Shown: positions 51,923 to 61,147 of the stretch, one piece after another
How positions within the stretch are numbered: the first letter of the stretch is position 1
Layout: every line of letters begins with the position of its first letter
NCBI GenBank assembly: GCA_038231275.1
Contig: JBBRLQ010000022.1
Coordinates: 67,539-131,538, forward strand
From: Polyangiales bacterium
Lineage (GTDB): Bacteria > Myxococcota_A > Polyangia > Polyangiales > Polyangiaceae
Reading direction: 5' to 3'
Length of the DNA stretch: 64,000 nt
The notes under the pieces: model-generated
Seen by the model: only the letters and a program-made list of their open reading frames with translations
Databases searched by the model: none
What the model was told of the DNA's origin: nothing
Made by a program: the position numbers and the translations under genes

Positions 51923-52738
51923 CTAGTTCGTGAGGAAGATGCGCACGAAGCCGGTCGCCTTGCCGCCGTTGGGCTTCAGGGTCGCATCGGTGTACGTAAT
52001 CGTTCCGGACCCGCTCTCGATCGTGAGATCCTTGTCGACCGGGAACGGCTTCATCTTGCACGTCGGGTGCTTGCCGGTCACTGCGACCGCCTTGCCCGCC
52101 GGTACGTTGTAGATGACCGCGTGCGGGAACGAGCCGCTCTCCGCGGACATCTGATCCGGCGCCGGGAACCCCGAGCGCGCGTAGATCAGCTTGACGGCGG
52201 CCGGCGGCGGCGCGCCGTCGACCGTGAACTCGATCGTCGCGCCGCCTTCGTCGAGGCAACCCTGGTTCTCGAAGGCGACGCTCACGACGCCGCCCGACAC
52301 GTCGTACCCCGGCAGGGTCTGCGTGAGGAGGCCCGCGGTGTTCTCCGAGAGGAACTTGGTCTTGCCGAGGCTGTAGCTCGTCGTCCCCTTCGACGACTGC
52401 TCGAGGAGCGAGTAGTAGCCGGCGTTGACCACGTTCATGTTCGTGATCTTGGTGGGATCGATCTCGAGCTGGTAGTTGCCGCTCGCGTCGGTCGTCGCGG
52501 ATTTCGTCCCGACGGTGATGGTGGCGCCGGCGACCGGCTTGAGCGAGCTGAAGTCGATGATCTTCCCGGACTGGATGACGGCGCCGGGGGGCGCATCGAC
52601 CTGCACCGGCCCGTCCGTCGTTCCGCCCCCGTCGGCGACGAGGAGCGGCGGGGGATTCACGTCTCCCGCGCTGCACCCCGCGAACGTGGCAAAGGCGAGA
52701 AGAGGGACGAGCGAAGATACCGAAAGCAGTCGAAGCAT
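51923..52738 (-). CDS. Lipoprotein with carboxypeptidase-regulatory-like (transthyretin-fold) domains
   Basis: GGAGG RBS; FAGC lipobox; G.I.D....PVAGATI...TTDASGNY. Confidence 0.75.
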   Translation of the reverse strand: MLRLLSVSSLVPLLAFATFAGCSAGDVNPPPLLVADGGGTTDGPVQVDAPPGAVIQSGKIIDFSSLKPVAGATITVGTKSATTDASGNYQLEIDPTKITNMNVVNAGYYSLLEQSSKGTTSYSLGKTKFLSENTAGLLTQTLPGYDVSGGVVSVAFENQGCLDEGGATIEFTVDGAPPPAAVKLIYARSGFPAPDQMSAESGSFPHAVIYNVPAGKAVAVTGKHPTCKMKPFPVDKDLTIESGSGTITYTDATLKPNGGKATGFVRIFLTN

Positions 52739-52857
52739 GGAGGCCTCCATCAAGAACCTGGGTTCTAGGGTATCAGGCCCCCGTCTCGAGGGTTGTCGAG
52801 AAATCGACCAGAGAAGTCCTTGCGACGGCCAAATAACTGGGTTGGTGTGGACACCCT

Positions 52858-55800
52858 CTAGGAGTCGATCGAGATCCCGAGCTTCTCGCGGATCGCGAAA
52901 TAGTCCTCGCTGACGCTGAAGAGGACGATCTCCTTCATGCGCTCCTTGGTCGGAATGCTCGCGGCGTCCTCGGTCGCGCGGATGACCTCGGTCGCGAGCT
53001 GGAGATCGTGCGCGAGGACGAAGCCCGCGCGATCGGCGCTCAGATCGATCGAGGCGACCCACTTCTTCAGGTCGAGCTGATTGCCCGCCTGGAGGAGCTT
53101 GGATACCGCGCTGGCGAGCATCTCCCTCTGGACACCCTGGAAATCGGGCGCCATCGCCGCCATCGCCTCGGCCACCTGGCCCTGGAGATCCGGCGTGACC
53201 GGGAACTGCGGCACGCTCATCTTGATCGCCGCGAACAGCCACGCCTTCAGACCCGTGCCGGTCGGCACGAGGTGACGGATGTAGAAGCCCGGCCGGAAGT
53301 ACGTCATGTGACGCCCGGCGACGAACGCCATCGACTGCGTCGGCACCGCGCCCGCGAACGCCGCGCGCCCGATGACGATCGCCGGCGTGTGCGCATGGAG
53401 GAACCCGAGCGCCGACGGATCGTTGGTGTTTTGGAACACCAGCGGCGCCGGCATCCCGAGCGCGCCCTTCACGTAGTGGAGCGTCTGCGAGACCGGGTAC
53501 GGGTGGAGCGACGTGTCGATCGCGTAGCGCGGATCGTAGCCCATCGCCTCGACGGGCTGCGTGCGCGCGCGGATGATCGTCGGCTGGATGATCGCGAAGA
53601 TGCGGGTCAGCAGCGGATCGGTGTCCTGGTGCGTGAGGCGCGACCACTCGTCCTCGGTCATCGGCGTCTGCGCGGGGGCGGCGTTGTCGGCGCGGTGGCG
53701 CTTGAAGAAGCGCTCCTCGTCGGGCTCGGCGAGGTTGAGCACACTGAGCGCTTGGCAGAGGCACCACGCGGAGTCCGCGCGCTTGCTCTCGGTGTAGAGG
53801 CGACGGAGCAGCTTGTAGCTCTCCACGCGGTACGGGTTACGCCGCAGGATGGTGGCCTGCGCCTTGACCGCCTTGTCGAGGTACTGGTTCACGTCCGACG
53901 CGTAGAGCTCGGAGAGCGTGTCCATGCGCTCGCGGTTCTCCGGATCGAAGGCCTGCGCGGCCTCGAAGGCGTCGATCGCCATCTCCGGCTCGTTCAGGAA
54001 TTTGCGGTAGACATCGGCGAGGCGGTCCAGGATCTTCGGCAGCTGCTCGCGATCTTCGGCGGCCTTGGCGTGATCGAGCTGCACGTTGAGGAGCTTCTCG
54101 ACGCCGTCGTAGTCGCCTTTCCCGCTCTTCAGCTCGATGAGCTCTTCGAGCGCGCGCGTGAGGCCCTCGTCGTACTCGAGCGCCTTCTCGTAGTACGAGA
54201 TCGCCTGATCCACGTCGCCGATCTGCTTCTGCGACACGATGGCTGCAGTATGCATGTACTTGGCGCGCTGCTTGGGATCCTCGACGAAATCGGCGAGGCG
54301 CGTGACGACCTCGACGAGCTTCGCCCAGTCCTTCTCCTCCGAGTAGAGCTGCATCAGCTTGGTGAGGAGCTTACGGTCGTCCGGCCGCTCTTCGAGGGCC
54401 GCGGCGTAGGTCCTTTGCGCGCGTGCCTTGTCGCCGAGCTTCTGGAACTCGACCTCCGCGATTTCGAGCAGCAGCTCGAAGCGCTCCTGACCGCTCGCGA
54501 CCTCGAGGCGCTGGCGCTTGGTGCGGACGACCTCGTCCCAGAGCCCTTTGTCCTCGTACACGCGCGAGAGCGCGCGCAGCGGCATCGGGTTGGCGGGATC
54601 GAGATCGGCGGCGTCGCGAAGCGGCTTCATCGCTCCCTCGACGTCGCCCATCTTGCGGGCGGCCTCGCCGAGGCGATAGAGCGCGTCGGCGCGGGCGGTG
54701 AGCGGCAGGTCCTTGCCGTGCTTGGCGAGGAGCTCCTCGTACATCTTGTGCGCGGCCTTGGGATCGCCGTGATCGAAGACGACCTGCGCGGCACGCGCGA
54801 TCGACTCCGGCTCCTCGGGGGCGAGCTTCTCGAGCGCCTCGACCGCGGCGGCCATGCGCGGGTGGTTGATCGCCGGAATTTCCGGGGGCTTCGAGCCGCG
54901 CGAGCTCTGCGGGCCGTTGACGTCGTTCATGCTCGTCGTCGACGGCGGCGGCAGAATCGAGTTGCTGGTCTTGCCGAGCGACTCCATGAATTGAACGACG
55001 ATGCGAATGGCGTCCTCGCGCGGGAAGACCTGCGCGCGGCCGATGAGCGTCTCGTAGTGCTTGGCGGCCTCGATGAAGCGGCCGGCGGCGAACGCCATGT
55101 CGCCGAGGACCATGAGGGCGTCGGCGTTGGTGCCGTCGAGGTCGATCGCGCGCTTGGCGGCGAGCTCGGCCTTCTGTTTGTCGTCGAGGCGCACCATCTG
55201 CACCTTGGCGAGCTCCGCGAAGAGGCGCGCCTTGGCGAGGTCACCCTCGGCGAAGCCGATCTCCTTCTCGATGAGAATGACGACGCTGAGCGAGTCGCCC
55301 CGGTGATCGTAGGCCTTGCGGAGCGCGGAGCTGGCACCGGAGTTGTTGGGGTTCGCGTCGAGGGCCGCCTTGTAGCGCTCGATGGCGCCGTCCTTGTCGC
55401 CGCGCGCGTCGAGGAGACGTGCCGCGCGGATCCACTGCTCGGCCTTCGCCTCGGGCGTCGGCGCCTTGAGCGCGAGGGCCTCAATCGCCGACAGCGCGGC
55501 GTGGGAGTCGCCGGCGACCTCGCGCAGGTGCGCGAGCGCCTCGAGCGCGGCCGGGTGACCCTCCGATCGCTCGAGCACCGCCTCGTACGCGCGCGTCGCG
55601 CGCTCGGGAGAGCCAATCTGATCGGCGAGCGTGCGCGCCTTCGCGAGGAGGAGCTCCACCTTGCGCGGCTCGTCGGTCGTGACGCCCATGTGCTTCTCGT
55701 AGAGGCGCACCGCGTCCTCCCAGCGATCAAGCGCGCGGTAGTGACGCACGAGCGCGGTGAGCGCGCCGTCGTGCGACGGATCAATTTCGAGCACGTGCTC

Positions 55801-58332
55801 GAACGCGCGCGCGGCGGCAGCGTGATCGAGGAACTCCTCGTCGTGCAGTGCGGCCATGCGCTCGAAGAGGTTGATCTTCTGGCGCGGCGTCGCCGCCATC
55901 GCGACCTGGCGCTCGAGCGTCTCGAGGAGCTCGCGGTAGCGTCCAGTGCGGTTGTAGATGCGATCGAGGCCCTTCAGCGCGATCATGTTGACCGGCTCGA
56001 TGGCGAGCGCGGCCTCGTAGCGACGCGTCGCCTCGGGCAGATCGTTGAGGCTGTCCTCGAAGACCTCGGCGAGCTTGGTGAGGACGGCCGCCTTCTCGGA
56101 GCCGCGCTTCGCTTCGGCGCGACGCTCGAGGACCTTGGCGAGCGTCTGGAAATCGCCGGTCTTCTCGGCAATGCGGGCGAGCGCGTCGCCGGCCTTGGCG
56201 TGGCCCGGATCGTCGGCGACGACGGCCTGGTAAAGATCGCGCGCGCGGTTCGCGTCGTTGAGCTTCGTCTCGAAGAGCTCGGCGGCCTCGGCGCGCAGCT
56301 CGCGTGCGCGGGGGTGGCTGACGCTCGCGTCGGCGCGGGCGAGGAGGATCGCCGCAAGCTCCGGCCACTGCTGGGCGCGGCGGTAGATGACGGTGAGCCC
56401 CTCGGTCGCCTGCTCGTTGGCGGGGTCGGTCGCGAGGATTTGCTGGAACGCCATGAGCGCGAGATCGGCGCGGCCGGCCTTCGCGTCGTACCAGCGACCC
56501 ACGCGCGCCAAGAGCGCAGCGCGCTGCTCGACCGAGAGGAGCTCGGTCTTCAGCACTTCGGTCGCGGCGTCGAGCGTCTCGGTCCAGCGCTCGTGGCGCG
56601 AGCCCGCGAGGCGCTCGATCTCGGCCGCGTATCCGTCGTCGCTCGGCGACTCGCAGAGCGCGCGCGTGTACGCGACGAGGGCCTGATCGGCGTCCTCGAG
56701 CTCGTTCGCGTAGAGGTGGCCGATCTCGGCCATGATCCGCGCGCGATCGACGCCGGGCACCGCCAGCTCGCTGCGCTGGACGAGCATCTCGACGATCTCC
56801 TCGTACTTGCCGAGGGACTTGCGGACCTCCTCGAGCGCGACGCGGGCGATCTCGTCGTTCGGGTCGAGCTCCAGGATCTCGACGTACGCCTTCTCTGCCA
56901 TCTCCTTGTTCTTCGCTTGCGAGTCGAAGATGCGGGCGGCGCGGTAGAGGAGTGACTTTTTGGTCTCCTGCGCGTCGTCGTCGATCGGCGGCGCGTCCTC
57001 GAGGCCTTCGGCGCGCTCGCGGGCGGTGGGGACGGCGACTTGCTCGGACGCGGCGAGGAACGCCTCGGCGACCTTCTGCGCATCGGCCCCTTCGTCGACG
57101 GCCTTCTCGAGGCCCATCGCGGCCTCCGAGTCGTCGGGCGCTGCGATGAGCATGTCGATGAGTTGATCGACCTTCTCGGGCGCGATCGCCTTGCCGACGC
57201 GCATCGCACCGGAGGGACGACCGACGGCCTCGAGCGCCTCGAGGAGCGCCATCGCGTCCTTGGGGCGACGCGCCGGATCCTTGCCGAGGAGCGCGAGGAC
57301 GAACTGATCGACGTCCTTCGAGACCCAGCCGCGCGGCGCCTTCGCGCTCGGCGGCTCCGGCTCCTTCGAGAGGTGCGCGAACGCCGCATCGGTCGCGTTC
57401 TCCGCCGTGTGGAAGACGGCCTTACCGCTGAGGAGCTCGTACGCCACCGCACCGAACGCGTACACGTCGCTGCGCGGATCGGCGCCGCGGCCGCGAATGA
57501 GCTCGGGCGCGACGGTCTTGGGCGAGCCGAAGACCGCGAGGAGGCCGGTGTGCCCGTTCGCGGCGACACTGCGCTGGCGCAGGCGGTCGGTGCCGAAATC
57601 GATGAGGGTCACTTGCGGATCGGCGCCGGGGACCTGGTTCTTGCCGACGAGGATGTTCTCGAGCTTCACGTCGCCGTGGACGAGGTGCGCCTTGTGCAGC
57701 GCGGCGAGCGGCTCGAGGATGCCCTGGAAGAGCGGCTTCAGCTCGCTCATGTGGAGCGGCCCGGTGCGCGCGAAGCGCTGGCTCAAGGGCTGCGCGTCGA
57801 CGAACTCGTACGCGACGAAGAATGTCCCGTCCGGCAGCTCGCCGGCGGAGAGCGCCTTGGGCAAGCCCGCATGCTCGACGGTGGCGACGAGTCGGTTGGC
57901 GGTGAGGAAGCGATGCACGGCGCGGCGATCACGCGACGCCTCCGCGCGGAGGACCTTCAGCGCGAACTGCTTCTCGCCGAGGAGCGCGAGGTACACGGTG
58001 CCGAGATCGCTCTGGCCGATCTTCTTCTGGATGCGGAAGCCGCCCATCTCGCTGCCGATGGCGAGCTCGTCTTTGCCGATGAGCGCGGCGATGTCACGCA
58101 CGCGCGGATCGACCTCACGCTTGCTGACGAGGAGAACGTCCACGAGGGCCTCGATGCGATCGCCGTCCATGCAGCGCTCGGTGAGCGCGCGCGCGAAGCT
58201 GGCCTTCGCGCTGGAGCCGCCGACCTCGACGGGATCGAGCCCGAGAAGCTCTCGGCTCATCGACGTCATTTCCTCGAGCGAAAAAAGGCGCTCGAGCTCA
58301 CCGCGGAGAATTTCGATCGTGGCGTGTGACAT
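52858..58332 (-). CDS. Giant cytoplasmic protein: N-terminal helical domain + Ser/Thr kinase-like domain + extensive TPR array
   Basis: ALK, HGDVKLEN, DFG, APE, SDVYAFG; about 1200 aa of TPR-like repeats; C-terminal SADRAG domain. Confidence 0.88.
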   Translation of the reverse strand: MSHATIEILRGELERLFSLEEMTSMSRELLGLDPVEVGGSSAKASFARALTERCMDGDRIEALVDVLLVSKREVDPRVRDIAALIGKDELAIGSEMGGFRIQKKIGQSDLGTVYLALLGEKQFALKVLRAEASRDRRAVHRFLTANRLVATVEHAGLPKALSAGELPDGTFFVAYEFVDAQPLSQRFARTGPLHMSELKPLFQGILEPLAALHKAHLVHGDVKLENILVGKNQVPGADPQVTLIDFGTDRLRQRSVAANGHTGLLAVFGSPKTVAPELIRGRGADPRSDVYAFGAVAYELLSGKAVFHTAENATDAAFAHLSKEPEPPSAKAPRGWVSKDVDQFVLALLGKDPARRPKDAMALLEALEAVGRPSGAMRVGKAIAPEKVDQLIDMLIAAPDDSEAAMGLEKAVDEGADAQKVAEAFLAASEQVAVPTARERAEGLEDAPPIDDDAQETKKSLLYRAARIFDSQAKNKEMAEKAYVEILELDPNDEIARVALEEVRKSLGKYEEIVEMLVQRSELAVPGVDRARIMAEIGHLYANELEDADQALVAYTRALCESPSDDGYAAEIERLAGSRHERWTETLDAATEVLKTELLSVEQRAALLARVGRWYDAKAGRADLALMAFQQILATDPANEQATEGLTVIYRRAQQWPELAAILLARADASVSHPRARELRAEAAELFETKLNDANRARDLYQAVVADDPGHAKAGDALARIAEKTGDFQTLAKVLERRAEAKRGSEKAAVLTKLAEVFEDSLNDLPEATRRYEAALAIEPVNMIALKGLDRIYNRTGRYRELLETLERQVAMAATPRQKINLFERMAALHDEEFLDHAAAARAFEHVLEIDPSHDGALTALVRHYRALDRWEDAVRLYEKHMGVTTDEPRKVELLLAKARTLADQIGSPERATRAYEAVLERSEGHPAALEALAHLREVAGDSHAALSAIEALALKAPTPEAKAEQWIRAARLLDARGDKDGAIERYKAALDANPNNSGASSALRKAYDHRGDSLSVVILIEKEIGFAEGDLAKARLFAELAKVQMVRLDDKQKAELAAKRAIDLDGTNADALMVLGDMAFAAGRFIEAAKHYETLIGRAQVFPREDAIRIVVQFMESLGKTSNSILPPPSTTSMNDVNGPQSSRGSKPPEIPAINHPRMAAAVEALEKLAPEEPESIARAAQVVFDHGDPKAAHKMYEELLAKHGKDLPLTARADALYRLGEAARKMGDVEGAMKPLRDAADLDPANPMPLRALSRVYEDKGLWDEVVRTKRQRLEVASGQERFELLLEIAEVEFQKLGDKARAQRTYAAALEERPDDRKLLTKLMQLYSEEKDWAKLVEVVTRLADFVEDPKQRAKYMHTAAIVSQKQIGDVDQAISYYEKALEYDEGLTRALEELIELKSGKGDYDGVEKLLNVQLDHAKAAEDREQLPKILDRLADVYRKFLNEPEMAIDAFEAAQAFDPENRERMDTLSELYASDVNQYLDKAVKAQATILRRNPYRVESYKLLRRLYTESKRADSAWCLCQALSVLNLAEPDEERFFKRHRADNAAPAQTPMTEDEWSRLTHQDTDPLLTRIFAIIQPTIIRARTQPVEAMGYDPRYAIDTSLHPYPVSQTLHYVKGALGMPAPLVFQNTNDPSALGFLHAHTPAIVIGRAAFAGAVPTQSMAFVAGRHMTYFRPGFYIRHLVPTGTGLKAWLFAAIKMSVPQFPVTPDLQGQVAEAMAAMAPDFQGVQREMLASAVSKLLQAGNQLDLKKWVASIDLSADRAGFVLAHDLQLATEVIRATEDAASIPTKERMKEIVLFSVSEDYFAIREKLGISIDS

Positions 58333-58503
58333 TGCTAGTTACCCCTCGCAAAACCCGTGAGAAAACGAATGCCTCACGTACCGCGGGCGGGGCCCTTTGC
58401 CACGACTTTTTGTGTAGTTTTGCGCTCTGAGACGCACGCGAAACCAGCGCGTACGCACATTGGACTACACGACCTCGCGACGGGCTTGGGCTCCGGGGCG
58501 CGA

Positions 58504-59496
58504 TCAGGGCGTGTACTTGGTGCGCAAGTAGGCTTCGAGCGTCGCGATGTCCGCGTCGGAGAGCGCGCCGCGGTACGCCACGATCTCGGCGATCTCGCCG
58601 TGCAAAAGCTGGAGGGAGCCGTCGCGCGAGCCGATGAAGACCGGCTGCCCGCCCGTGCTCACGTCGACCGCGGCGATCGTCGCGGCCGTGATGGCGCCGT
58701 CGACCCGCGCCTCGAGCGTGGTCTGCCCGACGCGGCGCGTTCCGTAGACGCGGAACGTTCCGTCGTTCAGACCGTCGGCCTTGCTGTTGACCCACCCGCG
58801 CGGGGTGTCGTCGGGCGTCTTCACCTGGACGAGGAGATTCGAGGTCGCGGAGCCTGCGATCGAGTTCGCGAACAGGGCGACGCCGGGGTACGGGTACGCG
58901 GGCGTGCCCTTCGTCCAAAGCGCGCCGTAGCCCACGACGTCGTCGGTCGACGGCGTATTGGTGTACTCTGCAACTATTTCGATCGTGTAGTCGTCGAGGC
59001 CCCAGCGCAGCGAGGCGGCGTCGGCGAGGGCGAGGCCCGACGCGGCCCCGTCGAACGCGATCGTCGGCTTCTTCGCGAGGGCGCCGGGATGCACCGACGG
59101 TTGCCGCGCGGTGACGGTCTGCGCGGCGTCGTTGCCGCGACCCGATTGGTCCGCCCAGAGCGACACCTTGCCGGCGGCTTGCGTGACGCCCCTGCTCGCG
59201 TCGAGCCACACCACGAGGCCCGCGCCGAGCGACGCCGGCGTGAACGGACCCGGCTCGGTCGCGTCGGGCCCCGCCTCGGTGGCCGCCGCGCCTCCGCCCG
59301 AATCGCCGGCGTCCTCCGCGGAGACGGCGGGGGCTCCTGCTTCGGAGACGGGGGCGGCGCCCGGAGTCGCGGCCGGATCGGACGGCGCGCCGGCGTCGGA
59401 GGCGCCTTCGTTCAACGTTTGGAACCCGGCGACCAGAGAGCAGGCGCTCGACGCGGCGCTCGCGAGGACCAGGACCATGCAGGCGGCGCTCCTCAT
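58504..59496 (-). CDS. LamG/concanavalin-like domain lipoprotein
   Basis: SSAC lipobox; LVVWLDA...V..WADQSGRGNDA, FDG, GEIAEIVAY..ALS....LEAYL..KY. Confidence 0.85.
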   Translation of the reverse strand: MRSAACMVLVLASAASSACSLVAGFQTLNEGASDAGAPSDPAATPGAAPVSEAGAPAVSAEDAGDSGGGAAATEAGPDATEPGPFTPASLGAGLVVWLDASRGVTQAAGKVSLWADQSGRGNDAAQTVTARQPSVHPGALAKKPTIAFDGAASGLALADAASLRWGLDDYTIEIVAEYTNTPSTDDVVGYGALWTKGTPAYPYPGVALFANSIAGSATSNLLVQVKTPDDTPRGWVNSKADGLNDGTFRVYGTRRVGQTTLEARVDGAITAATIAAVDVSTGGQPVFIGSRDGSLQLLHGEIAEIVAYRGALSDADIATLEAYLRTKYTP

Positions 59497-60293
59497 GCGA
59501 GGTGCCTGTGCAGGCTCGTGGGGAGCCGACTGGCGGCGAGAGCCATAAGGCTGTCCAGCTCGCGGTCCTCGACGCCGAGGCGTCCCTTCAGGCGAAGGCG
59601 CGTCTCCTCGAGGATGCGCTCGCGGGCGTGGGCCAGCCATCGCGCCGCAGTCGCGCGGCTGACGCGGTAGGCGGCGCCGACCTGCTCGATGGTGAGGCCG
59701 TCGAGGTAGTGCATGCGGAGCACGTTGCGCTCGTCGGCCGTGAGCGTCCCGAGGGTCGCCACGAAGGCCTCGCGGAGATCGGCGGCGTAGCGGCGCTTCA
59801 GGAGCTCCATCTCGGGATCGGCGCCGGGCGCGCGGAGATCGAGCGTGCCTTCGTCGCCGGAGGTCGCGCGGGTGCGACGGGCGTGGCGGATCGCGGCGCG
59901 CACGGCGGAGACACGCACCCACGCACCGAGCGGGCCACGACCGCTGTACGCGGAGATCGTCGGCGGTCGCCCGGCGTGGCCGGTGAGCAGCGCCTCGCGG
60001 ACGATCTGACGGACCTCGTCCTTCGACTCCGCGGTCCGCGCGACGCGGCCGATGTGGGCGTCGAGGCCGGTGACGTACGCGCGCTCGAACGTGGCGACGG
60101 CGTTCGGGGCGTCGTGCGCGCAGGCGCACGCGAGGAAGAGGTCGGCGCCGTGCAGCCGGCGGAGGGCCTCGGCCGACGGCGCCTCCTCGCCGACGCGCGC
60201 AACGACATGCCGGGCGAACACGGCAGGATCGAGGGCAATTTCCGGCCAAGCGGCCCGTGACGCGTCGACGAACGAAGCGAGCGCCTCTACCAT
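59493..60293 (-). CDS. RNA polymerase sigma-70 factor, Myxococcales-type ECF-like family
   Basis: LHGADLFLACACA, YSGRGPL..WVR, DPE..LLK..Y, L...ERNVLRMHYLDGLTIE.VG..YRVSRATAARW. Confidence 0.85.
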   Translation of the reverse strand: MVEALASFVDASRAAWPEIALDPAVFARHVVARVGEEAPSAEALRRLHGADLFLACACAHDAPNAVATFERAYVTGLDAHIGRVARTAESKDEVRQIVREALLTGHAGRPPTISAYSGRGPLGAWVRVSAVRAAIRHARRTRATSGDEGTLDLRAPGADPEMELLKRRYAADLREAFVATLGTLTADERNVLRMHYLDGLTIEQVGAAYRVSRATAARWLAHARERILEETRLRLKGRLGVEDRELDSLMALAASRLPTSLHRHLA

Positions 60294-61147
60294 CGTCCCT
60301 CCAGGACCGCGCCGCCCAACGTCGGCGTGACGCGCAGCGACGCCGACCTGGACGCCATGCTCGGCGCGGGCCGAGACGTCGTCGGCGACGTCAAGAAGAG
60401 GACCGCACCCACCGCGAGCGCCACGCCCCCTGAGGCCAACGCGATGGTCGATCCGAGCGCAGCGCTCCGTCCGGCGTCGTCGAGATCGCGCGCCGCCCCG
60501 ATGCGATCGGGCGCGCAGGTAGGGTACGCCGGGCACGTCGACGAGAGATCCGAGCGCCTCGAAAGGGCGACGCCCCCGAGCCATGCGCCGGCCGCGACGC
60601 CAACCACGCCCGCGACGAACGTGCCCGCGCCGGCCCAACGCCGCGTGTCCCATCCGTAGGACGGCGCGTACTCCGCGCGCTTCGCGGTCGTCGCGGGTGC
60701 GAATGGCGCCGGAGTCGCGGCCGGAGCGATCGGCGTTTCGCTCTTCGCCGGCGGAGCCTCGAGGTCCGCCCGCGGCGCTTCCACGACGGGAACGCGCGGC
60801 TCGAGCGCGCTCGCCCTCTCGCGGGCGGCGCGCGCGCGCTCCGATTTTCCGGCCGCCTGCGCGGCGACCGCGACCTGCCGAAAGACACGGAGCGCGGCGG
60901 CGAGCTTCCCGCTCCGCTCGTAGCAGACGCCCAGGTTGAACTCCGTCCCGAGCGCGGGATCGAGCCGCTCGCTCTCCTCGAGCTTCGCGCACGCCTCCGC
61001 GTAGCGCCCGGCGTCCACGAGCGGCGTCGCCGCGCGAAAGAGCTGCTCGGCGCGGGTCTCGCGCGACGGCTCGTCGGTCGGCTGCGCGGCGGCGGCGCCC
61101 GGCGCGCATGCGAGGGCGATGAGGAGCGGGAGGACGCGCCTATCCAT
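60287..61147 (-). CDS. TPR protein with C-terminal hydrophobic hairpin (kinase partner type)
   Basis: Signal peptide; ACAKLEESERLDPALGTEFNLGVCYE; homologous to 33080-34126. Confidence 0.82.
   Translation of the reverse strand: MDRRVLPLLIALACAPGAAAAQPTDEPSRETRAEQLFRAATPLVDAGRYAEACAKLEESERLDPALGTEFNLGVCYERSGKLAAALRVFRQVAVAAQAAGKSERARAARERASALEPRVPVVEAPRADLEAPPAKSETPIAPAATPAPFAPATTAKRAEYAPSYGWDTRRWAGAGTFVAGVVGVAAGAWLGGVALSRRSDLSSTCPAYPTCAPDRIGAARDLDDAGRSAALGSTIALASGGVALAVGAVLFLTSPTTSRPAPSMASRSASLRVTPTLGGAVLEGRW

Noticed and set aside
53008..56955. 1315-aa plus-strand ORF
   Set aside because: Antisense shadow of the kinase-TPR gene
58390..58430. c-di-GMP-I riboswitch (GCGCAAAAC and GGCAAA words on the minus strand)
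   Set aside because: The elements are in the wrong order and no GNRA-capped stem is present; kept only as an unassigned structured region
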